Below are positions 63,693 to 64,000 of a DNA stretch of 64,000 bases, piece by piece. A program made the position numbers and the translations under genes. The stretch is taken from the NCBI GenBank assembly GCA_041661545.1, contig JBAZUH010000001.1:83877-147876 (forward strand), written 5' to 3'. The first letter of the stretch is position 1. The number at the start of each line of letters is the position of its first letter. The DNA comes from Candidatus Staskawiczbacteria bacterium. GTDB lineage: Bacteria > Patescibacteriota > Minisyncoccia > Minisyncoccales > Staskawiczbacteraceae. The notes under the pieces were generated by a model. The model searched no databases. It saw only the letters and a program-made list of their open reading frames with translations, and was not told where the DNA came from.

Positions 63693-64000
63693 ATGGTGAT
63701 AAAGTCTAAAATTTTTAGAAAACTTGTTTGGACGCAACACTCTGAAATAAAAATGAAACAGTATGGGCTTTCAAAGTCAAAACTTTCAAATATACTTTTA
63801 AAACCAGAACGTAAAGAGCAGGGCATTGTGCCAGGAACAACAGCAGTAATGCGCACTAACAAGGTTTTGTTTAAACAAAAACAGATAACTTTAGAAGGGG
63901 CATGGCAAAAGCCACGCAAAGCCCCTGGAGAAATTTGGTTGATGTATAAAGATATTAACCAAAAAAACTCTTTGACAGGAGCCAAAGAATCAATTAGAAA
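63693..64000 (+). CDS. Hypothetical protein, 5' partial (runs off the window)
   Basis: ATG at 63693, open to the window end, host-like AT-rich codons. The antisense track ORF 63641..63985 is judged spurious. Confidence 0.4.
   Translation, partial: MVIKSKIFRKLVWTQHSEIKMKQYGLSKSKLSNILLKPERKEQGIVPGTTAVMRTNKVLFKQKQITLEGAWQKPRKAPGEIWLMYKDINQKNSLTGAKESIR

Noticed and set aside
63641-63985. 114-aa minus-strand ORF
   Set aside because: It overlaps tRNA-Val and is antisense to a plus-strand ORF with host-like codon usage that starts at 63693.

Overview
AT-rich, gene-dense bacterial window that looks like a Candidate Phyla Radiation (Parcubacteria-like) genome with the standard genetic code. It carries compact housekeeping genes: recR, dnaB, cysS, dnaX, purA, pheS, gyrB, secE-nusG-rplK, gatB, miaA, miaB, glmS, thrS, dnaE, rnhB, rpmF, nusB, rnc, rpsP, trmD, rpmG, mltG and rplJ-rplL. 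There are five tRNAs, no rplA after rplK, and many low-complexity tails. No integrase, transposase, reverse transcriptase, Cas gene or CRISPR array is visible. Several unusual layers sit on this backbone. (1) Small, visibly GC-rich expression cassettes are dropped into intergenic gaps, each with a near-perfect TTGACA-N17-TGnTATAAT promoter and a native-style terminator. Two of them (146-1638 and 9392-10395) share a ~200-nt structured leader RNA with compensatory base changes and a conserved 3' end module, yet carry unrelated orphan ORFs. This is my top candidate for an undescribed system. (2) A tightly packed thymidylate/dNTP operon (dCMP deaminase, YmaB-like, HAD, tmk, thyA, folA, Nudix; dut is adjacent with its own promoter) is interrupted by three tandem ~560-aa poly-cysteine double zinc-ribbon paralogs. 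Their junctions are nearly identical at the nucleotide level, and a fourth paralog abuts dnaX. (3) In a three-gene surface-protein locus, two adjacent ORFs are reciprocal domain chimeras, as if a circular gene had integrated in-frame. (4) Several families of structured or palindromic repeats occur, some inserted in-frame in essential genes and some associated with duplicated gene 3' ends. (5) Also present are a candidate 6S-like sRNA and a mitochondrial-type single-chain PheRS. All functional calls rest on motif recognition by eye and none was checked against databases.
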